Virus record (IMG/VR): IMGVR_UViG_3300020215_000009
Location: 1 to 52,467 of that record
Strand: one strand, 5' to 3'
DNA from: a virus
DNA: 52,467 nt
The position numbers and the translations under genes were made by a program. The notes below the pieces were generated by a model. It had not been told where the DNA came from. It saw only the letters and a list, made by a program, of their open reading frames with translations, and ran no database searches. Of this stretch, positions 42,123 through 50,236 are shown one piece after another. Position 1 is the first letter of the stretch; each line of letters opens with the position of its first letter.

Positions 42123-42377
42123 ATGCAAAGGGAAGCTCTTTTGGATGCTATTGAACGTTTGGTAGTTGGTGTAATTGAGTACAGAGAAAGGTTCTCGGGC
42201 GGATGTCTTTCCGAGCAAGAGGCTCAAGCACTCGCCCGTGCCAGAAACGCAGTAGCGCGAGAACTGAACGCCGTGATTGACCGGCGGGTCGAAGAGGGCA
42301 TCACGGCCCGGCTCGCCAGCATGCAGCATCTTCCCGTGGACCTATACCGGATGCTCAACCCCGACTCCGAATTCTGA
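42123..42377 (+). CDS. hypothetical protein (84 aa)
   Basis: Track ORF. Confidence 0.55.
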   Translation: MQREALLDAIERLVVGVIEYRERFSGGCLSEQEAQALARARNAVARELNAVIDRRVEEGITARLASMQHLPVDLYRMLNPDSEF

Positions 42378-42417
42378 GTGGGTCAGACAGGAACTCTCAG
42401 CCGAAGGAAGGTGAACG

Positions 42418-42759
42418 ATGTTCGAGCCCGCCTTTTTCAGCCCCGTAATCGGGATCATTCACGACGTGGAGCATCAGCGCTGGCATCCTGTGCTATTCGT
42501 GGAGGCGCCGCTGCCCGGCCCTCCGTCACCGGACAAGCCCGTGCGCCACAAGAGCAAGATGCACCACACCGACGGCTTCTTGTCGCGAGAGGAGGCGGTG
42601 GAGAACGCCAAGACCGATCTCGGGCCGAAGGTGAAGGAGTATGCCATAGGAGAGGTGCGTTTCGCCCTCGAAGGTGATTTCCCGTGGGACGGCAACGGTA
42701 TCCCGGCCATCTCCACTATCTTTGCATCCACGCCGGACGGTCTCATTCCCGTCTTCTGA
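42418..42759 (+). CDS. hypothetical protein (113 aa)
   Basis: Track ORF; RBS gaaggaaggtgaacg. Confidence 0.6.
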   Translation: MFEPAFFSPVIGIIHDVEHQRWHPVLFVEAPLPGPPSPDKPVRHKSKMHHTDGFLSREEAVENAKTDLGPKVKEYAIGEVRFALEGDFPWDGNGIPAISTIFASTPDGLIPVF

Positions 42760-42780
42760 AATCCGGCTTTCCCCTCCCCT

Positions 42781-42805
42781 GCCGCACCCCTTCACCGGGT
42801 GCGGC
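42781..42805. terminator. 9-bp GC hairpin (gccgcaccc / gggtgcggc) at the convergence of the rightward operon and the Mom-like gene
   Basis: 42781-42789 pairs with 42797-42805; the Mom-like stop codon sits in the loop; no clear U tract. Confidence 0.35.
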
Positions 42806-43466
42806 TCATGCTTATGCGCTCAATCTGGCGCGTCTTGCTGGCCATCTCGCGCTCCACCGGGAAAAGGTCGCGTTGCCGTTCGGGAGCGCGGCGCGAAGGC
42901 TTGAGGATCATCCGGAAGCGCTTTCGTGGGTAGTGCCCAAGTAGGACGTACCCAAGCGCTTCCATCTCGGCCCGCGAGCGCGTCTCCGGTCCTGCCTTGC
43001 GTGCTACCAAGCGATTCGTGAGTGGATCAACCCACACCGGCAGCGGCTTCGTCTCTCCCCGGTCTTCCCAGTTGGTAGCCTTGTAAATCGCCCCGCTATG
43101 GTTCTGCCAGGTGTCGGCGTAGGTTAGTAGACACTCCCACTCGCCCGCCGCTTGGATGAAGCGCACACTCCGTCCGATGAGGAAAGAAGCGCCGTTAGTT
43201 GGCACGTCGGGATGGATCACCAACCTGGAGAGGGCAAGCACCTTTTGCCATGCCCCTTCTGGATAATTAGCAACCGCACAAGCCTTTGTCGGAGGAATCC
43301 ACCACGCCACTCCGAGCGGACGGTGTGTACCAAAGCGAAAGAGACCGTGCACGTAGACCGCCGTGTTACTGGCTCCTTTCGCGTAGTGATGCCGACGCAC
43401 CAGCTCGCGGCCCCATGCGATTGATACCGGCCGCACTTCCCACTCGCTCGCCCGAAGGTGCGTCAT
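42792..43466 (-). CDS. Mom-like GNAT-fold DNA (adenine) modification enzyme (224 aa; alternative GTG at 43514)
   Basis: RRHHYAKG...LALSRLVIHPDVPTNGASFLIGRSVRFI...LLTYADTWQNHSGAIYKATNW matches the remembered Mom-family pattern (HHY, L.L.RL, TYaD..H.G.iY.AtNW). Confidence 0.5.
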   Translation of the reverse strand: MTHLRASEWEVRPVSIAWGRELVRRHHYAKGASNTAVYVHGLFRFGTHRPLGVAWWIPPTKACAVANYPEGAWQKVLALSRLVIHPDVPTNGASFLIGRSVRFIQAAGEWECLLTYADTWQNHSGAIYKATNWEDRGETKPLPVWVDPLTNRLVARKAGPETRSRAEMEALGYVLLGHYPRKRFRMILKPSRRAPERQRDLFPVEREMASKTRQIERISMSRTR

Positions 43467-43602
43467 TTGCTCGCTCGCTTCTCGCGCTCCACCCTCGCCC
43501 GTACCTCGCGCCACTCAGGCCCGATGCACGCAACTTCAATCCGAAGCGCAGCACACCGGGCATAGAAGACGGCGTTCAGATAGTGTATGATCCAGTCGTC
43601 TT

Positions 43603-43968
43603 TCACTCTTCCTCGCCGGGATCGTAGCTCCTTCGGGTGCGCCTCTGTTTCTCTGCCATCCTGATGAGCCGCTTGCGGTGTTCGGCTTCCGCTTCGCCGG
43701 GATCGGAAAACACCGGCGGTGCCGCCTGTGGAACCGCCACCTCCTTAACAGTTCGCGGATCGGGCACTTCGCCGCGGCAGTATTCGCACAGGTAAGGCGG
43801 TGCGTCGTCGGGTTGCGCCAGCGTCTCCAAGCCACAGGGGAACCGCGCCCGCACCGTCTCGCCCTTCTTCGTGCGGTACTCGCGGAGCTGACCAGGGCAA
43901 ATCACGCGCGCCGGCTCGGCAGGGTGGGGCGCATCGGGTGGGCCGCTCAGCCCTTCCTGGGTAGCCAT
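43603..43968 (-). CDS. Cys-containing protein with a basic tail (121 aa)
   Basis: Track ORF 43603..43977, start at ATG 43968; C..C..CEYC. Confidence 0.5.
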   Translation of the reverse strand: MATQEGLSGPPDAPHPAEPARVICPGQLREYRTKKGETVRARFPCGLETLAQPDDAPPYLCEYCRGEVPDPRTVKEVAVPQAAPPVFSDPGEAEAEHRKRLIRMAEKQRRTRRSYDPGEEE

Positions 43969-44660
43969 TCCGCCCACGGATCGGATTCAGGCTCGCGGCG
44001 GTCTGGTCCGGTCAGGACGGCGCCGATCATCTTCTCGCGGATGCGGCTGACATGCTTTGCCCACTCAGGCGACTTCTGCCGGAGGTGGTCCAACGAGTAA
44101 TTGCTTGTGAAGATCGTCGGCCGGCGCCGCTTATCCAGCACTTGAAACATCCGCACTGTGGCGTCCTCTCCGCTCGGCTCCGTGCCGATGTCGTCCAGCA
44201 CCAAAACGTCAGCGGCGAGGTATTTCCCAACTACTTCGTCGGGAGTCCGCCCGTCTCGGTTTCCGTAGGTCGAACGCACTTCCGAGATAAGGTCTACCGA
44301 AGTCACGAACACGAGGTTGGGCCAGCGCTCGCCCGTGCGTTCGTGCTCGTAGATCCTGAGCCTGCCATTCTCGGCCAGCCAGGTGAGGACGCAGGCGGCG
44401 AGAAGAGACTTCCCGTTACCTGGCGCGATCACCTCTCCCTGACGCTCGCTCGTGAGGAAGAGCATGGGTCCGGCGTGGTCTGGACGGCCAGCCTCAAACC
44501 ATCCGTTGCAGGCGGCGGCAAAGCGGCGAGCAAGCGTCAGAGCCTTGCGGTCCGGATTCGGGTCGAAGTCCGCGAAGTGCTTGTTGCGGAACTTCGGCGG
44601 CAGGCCAGCCCGAAAGGTGCGCAGATCCCGCTCCCGCTCACGTGATTCCGTAGTCGTCAT
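43947..44660 (-). CDS. DnaC/IstB-like AAA+ helicase loader (237 aa; alternative ATG at 44756)
   Basis: Walker A APGNGKS, Walker B DVLVLDDIG, TIFTSN sensor-like motif; follows the replication initiator. Confidence 0.65.
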   Translation of the reverse strand: MTTTESRERERDLRTFRAGLPPKFRNKHFADFDPNPDRKALTLARRFAAACNGWFEAGRPDHAGPMLFLTSERQGEVIAPGNGKSLLAACVLTWLAENGRLRIYEHERTGERWPNLVFVTSVDLISEVRSTYGNRDGRTPDEVVGKYLAADVLVLDDIGTEPSGEDATVRMFQVLDKRRRPTIFTSNYSLDHLRQKSPEWAKHVSRIREKMIGAVLTGPDRREPESDPWAEWLPRKG

Positions 44661-45507
44661 CTCCCCAAGTGTGCTGGAACTGAGGGTCTTGGGAGGCAGG
44701 ACGTGCGGGACGGTTTCTCCAATCGCCGTCAGACTTCCGCGGCTTTCCGTTGCCATTTCCGTTCTCCAGAGAGACGTTTAGCGCAGCCTGAAATTCGTTC
44801 TTTAAATCAAGCAGATCCCAAGGTTCTCCCCGGCTGAACTTGAACAGTTGAGGCATTCCCTTGATGGCGCGATTGATTTCTTCTGGTGTCCTTTCGGCGC
44901 ATATCTGCTTGGCCGCTCTTCCCTGCTTCGCAATTTCGGTGTCCGGTGGACGCCTGCCGGTCGTCCGCTCCTGTGTCTTGATCCACCAGCCAAGAAGGTT
45001 GTCTCCCGGATCTGGCGGCGCGGCGGTTCTGTCGTCGCCCTCCCCCGTAGGGGGAGGAAGTTGTTCTTTCTTCTCTACTCTGTTCTCCTCTTCTCTACTC
45101 TTCTCTTTGGCGTTACGTGGCGTTACGTGGCGTTTCGTGGGTTTCTCTGTCGTTTCATGGCGTTGCCGCTGCCGGTACGCCCGGACACGCTCCTTGCTGT
45201 CGTCTTCCCGTTCCCGCTTCGGATTCTCGCGTTCCCAATCAATCAAACGCCAGCCATCTAGATATTTTCCCTGCATGGCCTCTCGTACTGCCTGCACATC
45301 TTCTGCGTGTGCGTCCAAGGCAACACCCACGTCCTCGTCTGACCAGCGACTTGCGTCCACCGTCCCGCGTGGAGTGGCCGCGCTCGCGTTCTCACGTAGA
45401 CTCGCCAGCACGGCCAGCACCAGCACGACGGGCCTGTCGCTCCGTCTGGAGACAAGCCGCAGGCGGGGGTCGTTTATCGTGCCGTGGTGCCACCGTAGCC
45501 AGTCCAT
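44638..45507 (-). CDS. replication initiator / replisome organizer (289 aa) containing the putative origin
   Basis: N-terminus MDWLRWHHGTINDPRL resembles the phage replisome-organizer N-domain; charged central linker encoded by iteron DNA; followed by the DnaC-like gene. Confidence 0.6.
   Translation of the reverse strand: MDWLRWHHGTINDPRLRLVSRRSDRPVVLVLAVLASLRENASAATPRGTVDASRWSDEDVGVALDAHAEDVQAVREAMQGKYLDGWRLIDWERENPKREREDDSKERVRAYRQRQRHETTEKPTKRHVTPRNAKEKSREEENRVEKKEQLPPPTGEGDDRTAAPPDPGDNLLGWWIKTQERTTGRRPPDTEIAKQGRAAKQICAERTPEEINRAIKGMPQLFKFSRGEPWDLLDLKNEFQAALNVSLENGNGNGKPRKSDGDWRNRPARPASQDPQFQHTWGDDDYGIT
45071..45168. repeat. Iteron-like array: six consecutive 10-mers of consensus GGCGTTtCGT (45109-45168), preceded by 2 x TTCTCTACTC (45071-45080, 45091-45100)
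   Basis: ggcgttacgt ggcgttacgt ggcgtttcgt gggtttctct gtcgtttcat ggcgttgccg, read directly from the sequence. Confidence 0.75.
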
Positions 45508-45517
45508 TTTCCCGACC

Positions 45518-45838
45518 CTACGTCGCAGTTGGATCGTACCGTTTGTCTCCGCTCACCAACTCCGCGAACTCTCCATCTCCTAACTCGAGAAGGAGTTCAA
45601 AGGCTCTCTCGAAGTCGGCGCTGGTGAGACACGTAGCGGAGGAAGCAACACCTCGCTGGCAGGCAAGTTCGGCGGGATCGCTTCCCTCGCGGTGCATTCG
45701 CGCGAACGGACGGAGAGCCGCGAAAATATGGTTTCGGACGGCTTCGGGTCCGGAATCCTGCCACCAGTGAGTTTGAGAGTCCGGGAACACTGCGGCAACC
45801 TCAGGACGCGGCTCGGGAATGGTTAGTTCGTCTGACAT
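45518..45838 (-). CDS. hypothetical protein (106 aa)
   Basis: Track ORF; protein-like composition; weak RBS. Confidence 0.55.
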   Translation of the reverse strand: MSDELTIPEPRPEVAAVFPDSQTHWWQDSGPEAVRNHIFAALRPFARMHREGSDPAELACQRGVASSATCLTSADFERAFELLLELGDGEFAELVSGDKRYDPTAT

Positions 45839-46020
45839 GGCAGGAATTCAGAAAGAAAGCGACCCCGGCGTGCTGTTGGCACCGCCCCCGCCCTCCGGAA
45901 GCAGAGGCGGGTGGCGACAGCAACGCGCGGGGTCGCTTGTTACGCGAAGGCGCGAGTTGCTTCCGGATTGTCTTGCTGCGCGCGGGTGCCAATCCGCGTT
46001 GTCCGCTGGCGGGACTCCTT

Positions 46021-46049
46021 ATCCTAACCTCCGGCTCCGGAGCCGTCAA
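46021..46049 (-). promoter_or_regulatory. Promoter TTGACG-N17-TAGGAT for the replication module, with a 14-bp perfect palindrome in the spacer
   Basis: -35 = complement of 46044-46049, -10 = complement of 46021-46026; palindrome cggctccggagccg at 46032-46045. Confidence 0.45.
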
Positions 46050-46058
46050 CGGTCTCGC

Positions 46059-46330
46059 TCACCCGTCCCCGATCCGGTCTCCACCGTCCGCCAGGAACTC
46101 TCTGACCACGAACTGCTCTAGGAGCGAGCCGTGGTTCTTGAGAAGCGTCCCGACGTTGTAGGCGTAAGCCTGTAACTGGCGTAGCGTCATGCCTTCCAAG
46201 TCCGGCACGGTCAGACAGCACGGGCACTAGGCGATTGCTCGCCTTCTCCAGCAGCATCGTGGCGCGAGGCGGCGAGGATGCGGTCCTCAAGCCGTTCGCT
46301 CACGTCTTCGGGCGTCAGGTGCGGTTTCAT
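46059..46330 (-). pseudogene. Frame-hopping locus: three successive short coding segments, each +1 relative to the previous (disrupted gene or three micro-ORFs)
   Basis: a = 46330..46214 (MKPHLTPEDVSERLEDRILAA...), b from 46257 (MLLEKASNRLVPVLSDRAGL...), c = 46190..46059 (MTLRQLQAYAYNVGTLLKNHGSLLEQFVVREFLADGGDRIGDG). High third-position G/C moves from frame to frame. Only a has an RBS. Confidence 0.35.
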
Positions 46331-46362
46331 CGCTTTCCCCCAGCGGGAGAAGTCCGGAGTGC

Positions 46363-46650
46363 TCACGTCAACACAGTTTCAGCGTGTCTAATTCTCGCGT
46401 CCACAGCCTCAACAGGAGCGAAGCCGGCCTCACGGGCGCGCACGGCCTCCATTAGTTCGCGAAGTGCTTGGGATACTTGGTTAAGCCGGTGCTCTTGTTT
46501 TTCCAAGCACGGACGGTAAATCCAGTCTATCGTGTCTGATAATTCCGGGTTGACCCCATGGTGCTTCAAGAGCGCTCGCACTTCACGCTCTTGCTGCGTT
46601 GCGTCCCACTGACTGCGACGCTCATACTTTTGGTTAGTCGGCTCGTTCAT
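46363..46650 (-). CDS. hypothetical protein (95 aa)
   Basis: C-terminal 95 codons of track ORF 46363..47136; ATG 46650 after ggaggagaaacaccg. Confidence 0.6.
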   Translation of the reverse strand: MNEPTNQKYERRSQWDATQQEREVRALLKHHGVNPELSDTIDWIYRPCLEKQEHRLNQVSQALRELMEAVRAREAGFAPVEAVDARIRHAETVLT

Positions 46651-46814
46651 CGGTGTTTCTCCTCCACCAGCACAGGTTTCCACGATCCACCAAACAGATC
46701 GCACTCGCATCCGCAGTCCGGACAGAACAGCCGCTCGGCAATCAGCACGTGTTTGGTGGCAGCGTGCTGGTAGACTGCGTTCCGGTGCCCGGTTGGGCAG
46801 GTACGTTCTTTCAT
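46647..46814 (-). CDS. small Cys-rich zinc-ribbon-like protein (55 aa)
   Basis: Track ORF 46647..46928 trimmed to ATG 46814 after ggtggaggacagccg; CPTGH...CPDCGCEC. Confidence 0.5.
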   Translation of the reverse strand: MKERTCPTGHRNAVYQHAATKHVLIAERLFCPDCGCECDLFGGSWKPVLVEEKHR

Positions 46815-47041
46815 CGGCTGTCCTCCACCAGTATGGCGACCTGTCCGGCGCTCTCCTCCGCACAGTACAGGCACGTTGCTCCCTGGTTCTTGGCTGAGAG
46901 CGGCAGCGTCGCACGGAAGCATTCGCACCAGACGCGCGGGTCCGTTGCTTCACGACGACGAGCCTCAAAGAGGTTACGCCAGTACCGTGTTTCAGCGCAG
47001 AGTTCGTCGCGTTCCGCGGCAGCGTCCCAGTCTTCAAGCAT
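46811..47041 (-). CDS. hypothetical Cys-containing protein (76 aa)
   Basis: Track ORF 46811..47146 trimmed to ATG 47041 after gcgggaggtttccc. Confidence 0.5.
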   Translation of the reverse strand: MLEDWDAAAERDELCAETRYWRNLFEARRREATDPRVWCECFRATLPLSAKNQGATCLYCAEESAGQVAILVEDSR

Positions 47042-47381
47042 GGGAAACCTCCCGCAGTCCGACGCGCTGGAACTCTGTGGCGATCCGTTCGATGAACTCG
47101 CGAGTATCGGGTCGAACGTCCGTATCCTCCGGCCACGGCTTTCCATTCACCTTCTGCCAGTGTTCCCTGAACCAGCCTTCAACGTCGTCGTAGGTAGGCA
47201 CACCTGAGAGCATAGGTTCAAGTTTCTCCAGGACGTTTGCGGCCTCGCGGCATGTGTCCTCAAACTCTGTCCACCAAGAGTAGTCGCCCGCCCCAGTGTT
47301 CAGGCTCTTCAGTCCCGCTTGCTCCGCTTCGTACTCACAACTGCGTAGGCTGGTAATCAGCGTCTCAAAGTGCGGCATCAC
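47034..47381 (-). CDS. hypothetical protein (115 aa)
   Basis: Track ORF; protein-like composition. Confidence 0.6.
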   Translation of the reverse strand: MMPHFETLITSLRSCEYEAEQAGLKSLNTGAGDYSWWTEFEDTCREAANVLEKLEPMLSGVPTYDDVEGWFREHWQKVNGKPWPEDTDVRPDTREFIERIATEFQRVGLREVSHA

Positions 47382-47636
47382 TCACTTCCTCTTTCGCTGG
47401 CGTTTCTGTTCGGCCGCGTGCTGACGCAACTGGTTCTCAGTCCAGTGCTTCACTCGCCAGGTCCCACGGCGCAGTTCACTACCGTTTACATCTAGCACTC
47501 GCCAGGTAGAATAGTGCTCACCGGATTCGTCGCGAGTAAGCATGCACCGCTCTCCCTTCGAAGCGTCCCAATTGACGGCGGGTTGCTGGCCCTGTCCGTC
47601 CAGAGCGATGTAGGCAACGTGCGGCGCGTCCATCAT
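47382..47636 (-). CDS. hypothetical protein (84 aa)
   Basis: Track ORF 47382..47816 trimmed to ATG 47636 (ATGA overlap). Confidence 0.55.
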   Translation of the reverse strand: MMDAPHVAYIALDGQGQQPAVNWDASKGERCMLTRDESGEHYSTWRVLDVNGSELRRGTWRVKHWTENQLRQHAAEQKRQRKRK

Positions 47637-47827
47637 GGTTTGCAGTACCGCTCCCCTGGGATACGCTTGAATGCGGTGATTTCGCCGGCGTCCAGCAGTT
47701 CCCCGAAGGGGTGGAGTTCGCAGTCCCACCACGGATGATAGTTCACGATGACTACCTGCCCACCCTTGAGTTTGCACGTATAGTGTCCGACGCAAGATGG
47801 CAGACCAAGCCTCCACCGCTCGCTCAT
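47633..47827 (-). CDS. hypothetical protein (64 aa)
   Basis: Last 64 codons of track ORF 47633..48274; ATGA overlap with the RusA-like stop. Confidence 0.5.
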   Translation of the reverse strand: MSERWRLGLPSCVGHYTCKLKGGQVVIVNYHPWWDCELHPFGELLDAGEITAFKRIPGERYCKP

Positions 47828-48351
47828 GGCTTCCTCTCTCGCACGAGGACCTCCACCCGCGGCCTCTCGCAGTCTATCTCCAGCACGGGCGGCAGATGGG
47901 TAAAGCGCGAGTCGTTGATCCCCAATGCGTCCGCAATCCCGTCGAAGTCCGCTTTGCAGTTGGTGAGGGACTTCGCGTTGTCCTCGTCTCGGCGGCGATT
48001 CGGGTAGAAGAACGTCACCTGAATCTCCGCAGCCTGCCACGGCGGCCCGGACGCGCGTGCTTGCAGCCCGAGGACCGTAGACCATATTAGCCTGCACACG
48101 AACTCCCGTCGTTTTGCCGTCGCCCGTGCCTTCGCCATGTGGTGCGCCCGTCCGTTGGGAGTGAGCGCCTTCGGGGGCAACAGCAGGACAAGATGTAGCG
48201 CTCCGTCCTCTGTAACGCACGCGGACGCCTGAACCGGGGCAACGGGTGCGGCGGTGCGCGTTCGTGCGGCACACGCGCGCTTGGGCGCTTCAACTGCCCC
48301 TGTGACGCGCTTGCGCACGTCGGGCGGGAGGTCGCGAAGGCGGATGGTCAT
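47824..48351 (-). CDS. RusA-like Holliday junction resolvase with an N-terminal extension (175 aa)
   Basis: Track ORF 47824..48537 trimmed to ATG 48351; LLLPPKALTPNGRAHHMAKARATAKRR and RRRDEDNAKSLTNCKADFDGIADALGINDSRF fit the RusA pattern. Confidence 0.55.
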   Translation of the reverse strand: MTIRLRDLPPDVRKRVTGAVEAPKRACAARTRTAAPVAPVQASACVTEDGALHLVLLLPPKALTPNGRAHHMAKARATAKRREFVCRLIWSTVLGLQARASGPPWQAAEIQVTFFYPNRRRDEDNAKSLTNCKADFDGIADALGINDSRFTHLPPVLEIDCERPRVEVLVRERKP

Positions 48352-48418
48352 GCTGGCCGGGTGGATGATGGTGGCGTATAGGTCCCACCGCTCGCTAAAG
48401 TCGCTCCGGCCGCTTGGA

Positions 48419-48625
48419 TCACCGGTTCCGCTCCTGCATAATACTCGACACGGCGTTGCCGCACTTATCACAGACGTGGTTCTCCGCTTCTGCGGCAGGT
48501 TTAGGGCGCATGTACCCGTGGCTGGAGCCGAATACAATCCCGAAGCCTGAATTCGGCTCGCCGGGCACGCTGCTGGTGATTGGATCGCGGCACAAGTTGC
48601 AGCGATACTCGCATCGCTTCGTCAT
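48419..48625 (-). CDS. small Cys4 zinc-ribbon protein (68 aa)
   Basis: Track ORF 48419..48766 trimmed to ATG 48625; CNLC...CDKC. Confidence 0.5.
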   Translation of the reverse strand: MTKRCEYRCNLCRDPITSSVPGEPNSGFGIVFGSSHGYMRPKPAAEAENHVCDKCGNAVSSIMQERNR

Positions 48626-48918
48626 CTCAGCGACTCCAGCGTTTGCAGGGAAGCGCACCGTTCGCGGGCACGGCGGTACACGGCTTCGGGGTCGCTCACC
48701 AAACCGCTGATACGCTCCTTCACCTTTCCGCGCTTCAGGCCCTTCCCGCTCGCCCGGGGAATCCACTGGAAGATTCCCACGCTGAACGTCTCGAAGGTGG
48801 TGAAGGAGCGACGAACGCTTCCATCCGCCAGTACGGGGACGCAGGCGCCGTCAAAGTCCCACGCGTAGGGTGCCGGTACGATCCCGCTCACCTGGCTGGG
48901 CTTGTTCGCGCTACTCAT
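48622..48918 (-). CDS. hypothetical protein (98 aa)
   Basis: Track ORF. Confidence 0.55.
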   Translation of the reverse strand: MSSANKPSQVSGIVPAPYAWDFDGACVPVLADGSVRRSFTTFETFSVGIFQWIPRASGKGLKRGKVKERISGLVSDPEAVYRRARERCASLQTLESLR

Positions 48919-48924
48919 CGTCGG

Positions 48925-49401
48925 CTACTCCTCCACCGTTTCCGTCTTGGTGGGATGCTCCAGCATGTCCAGCCATAAGGTGACCCGTTCGCGAGTCGGC
49001 GGCGGTACTTCGCCGTCAAAATCGGCACGGTTGTGCCTCCGGTGTTCAATAACAGGTCCGCGTTCACTTGAATCAAGGGCGATGCGGTACTCTCCGAAGT
49101 CGTGCGGGTCCGGCTCGATCCGGGGCACTTCCATCGTGCGGATGATCGGAAAGGTGTCGCGAGCGGCGTCCTCAGCATCGGCCAACGCCCAATGGTTGTG
49201 CGTCTCGACGTTCGGCTCAGGATGATTTTGGAGCCACTCCAGATGCTTGTACTGCCAGCGCGTTCCCTTGACGAAGCCTTCCCGCCGCGCAAGTTGTAAG
49301 ATACGATTACCGCGCGCCGCATGCTCGCCGGTAAGTTCTGCGGCATCGGCGGCATCGTTCAGAAGTTCGCCCAACTGCTCCTCAACGCTCTTGTCGCTCA
49401 C
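48925..49401 (-). CDS. hypothetical protein (158 aa)
   Basis: Track ORF; protein-like composition. Confidence 0.6.
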   Translation of the reverse strand: MSDKSVEEQLGELLNDAADAAELTGEHAARGNRILQLARREGFVKGTRWQYKHLEWLQNHPEPNVETHNHWALADAEDAARDTFPIIRTMEVPRIEPDPHDFGEYRIALDSSERGPVIEHRRHNRADFDGEVPPPTRERVTLWLDMLEHPTKTETVEE

Positions 49402-49631
49402 GTCTTCGCCGCCTTCCGGTTATACCGTTCCACGATGCTTCGCCCGACGCATTCTGCCCTCGTTCCGTCAAGGGAGCGCAAGAAGTAGAAGCCACCTTCG
49501 TACTTCGCGACCCTCCAGCGCTCGCCGCCTAGGAACTCCGGTAGGACGATGAATTCACTGGCCGAAAACACCGGAGGTGCCGAAGCAAAGTAGACCCACT
49601 CGTCGGGGGTGAATTTATCAATCGCGGCCAT
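49398..49631 (-). CDS. hypothetical protein (77 aa)
   Basis: Track ORF 49398..49754 trimmed to ATG 49631. Confidence 0.5.
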   Translation of the reverse strand: MAAIDKFTPDEWVYFASAPPVFSASEFIVLPEFLGGERWRVAKYEGGFYFLRSLDGTRAECVGRSIVERYNRKAAKT

Positions 49632-49684
49632 CGGCTTCTGCCACCCTCTCGTGAAGCGTTGCCAACTCTTCCTGTGCGTCTTCC

Positions 49685-50188
49685 TCAGGTGATCCGGAGG
49701 TGAGTGCCGCGGGTGACTTCCACGCCAGCGGGTAACGGCTGTCCGGAGCGCCACATCTCTATCGCTTTCGTCGCGTCGAACTCGTACCGCTCGGGTATCA
49801 CCCGTACAAAGTCAGGCGGGATCGCCGGTACTGTGCACTTCGCGGCCGGTGGGCTCTGCTGAATCCGAATTGTCACCAGCGGTCTCCGCAGCTCCATCTT
49901 TTCGAACCGCTCCAGCCAGTGACGCAGGTATTCTCGTAGTCCGTTTGCCCCGTTCTCCAGCGCCTTCCTGCGTGAGGCCAGCCGCCGCTCCTCAATGCCC
50001 ACCGTTTCGGCATGCGCCTGCATCTGTCGGATCATCAAAGCGACGCGTTCGGCCTTCTCCTCAAACATCCCTTCGAGAGAGAAAAGCGCCTTTTCCAACT
50101 CCGGTGTCAGATCGCCGCCGTTTTCTTCTAAGGTGCGGTACACCGCTTCCAGATCTTCCCCAATCGCGTACAACGTCGGTAGGCTCAT
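49685..50188 (-). CDS. Siphovirus Gp157-like protein (167 aa)
   Basis: MSLPTLYAIGEDLEAVYRTLEENGGDLTPELEKAL...EERRLASRRKALENGANGLREYL fits the Gp157 family pattern; sits beside the recombinase. Confidence 0.55.
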   Translation of the reverse strand: MSLPTLYAIGEDLEAVYRTLEENGGDLTPELEKALFSLEGMFEEKAERVALMIRQMQAHAETVGIEERRLASRRKALENGANGLREYLRHWLERFEKMELRRPLVTIRIQQSPPAAKCTVPAIPPDFVRVIPERYEFDATKAIEMWRSGQPLPAGVEVTRGTHLRIT

Positions 50189-50236
50189 CTCAGCCGCTCC
50201 TCTGCGCGTACGAGTGCTTCACGGGTGTAAGGCACG

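Noticed and set aside
45109-45168. Tandem 10-mers as a mini-CRISPR array or a simple slippage satellite
   Set aside because: There are no spacers, the repeat unit is far too short, and the array sits in frame inside the initiator gene. Origin iterons are the better explanation.
43947-45507. Mu-like transposition module (IstB/MuB-like ATPase plus Mom-like gene)
   Set aside because: No transposase-sized ORF is present. The partner gene looks like a replisome organizer with iterons, and the genome closes as a circle without host flanks.
46363-47136. 257-aa ORF spanning four small genes
   Set aside because: Only its last 95 codons look like protein and have an RBS (ATG 46650). Upstream it is Arg-rich and overlaps three well-formed coupled genes in other frames (46647..46814, 46811..47041, 47034..47381).
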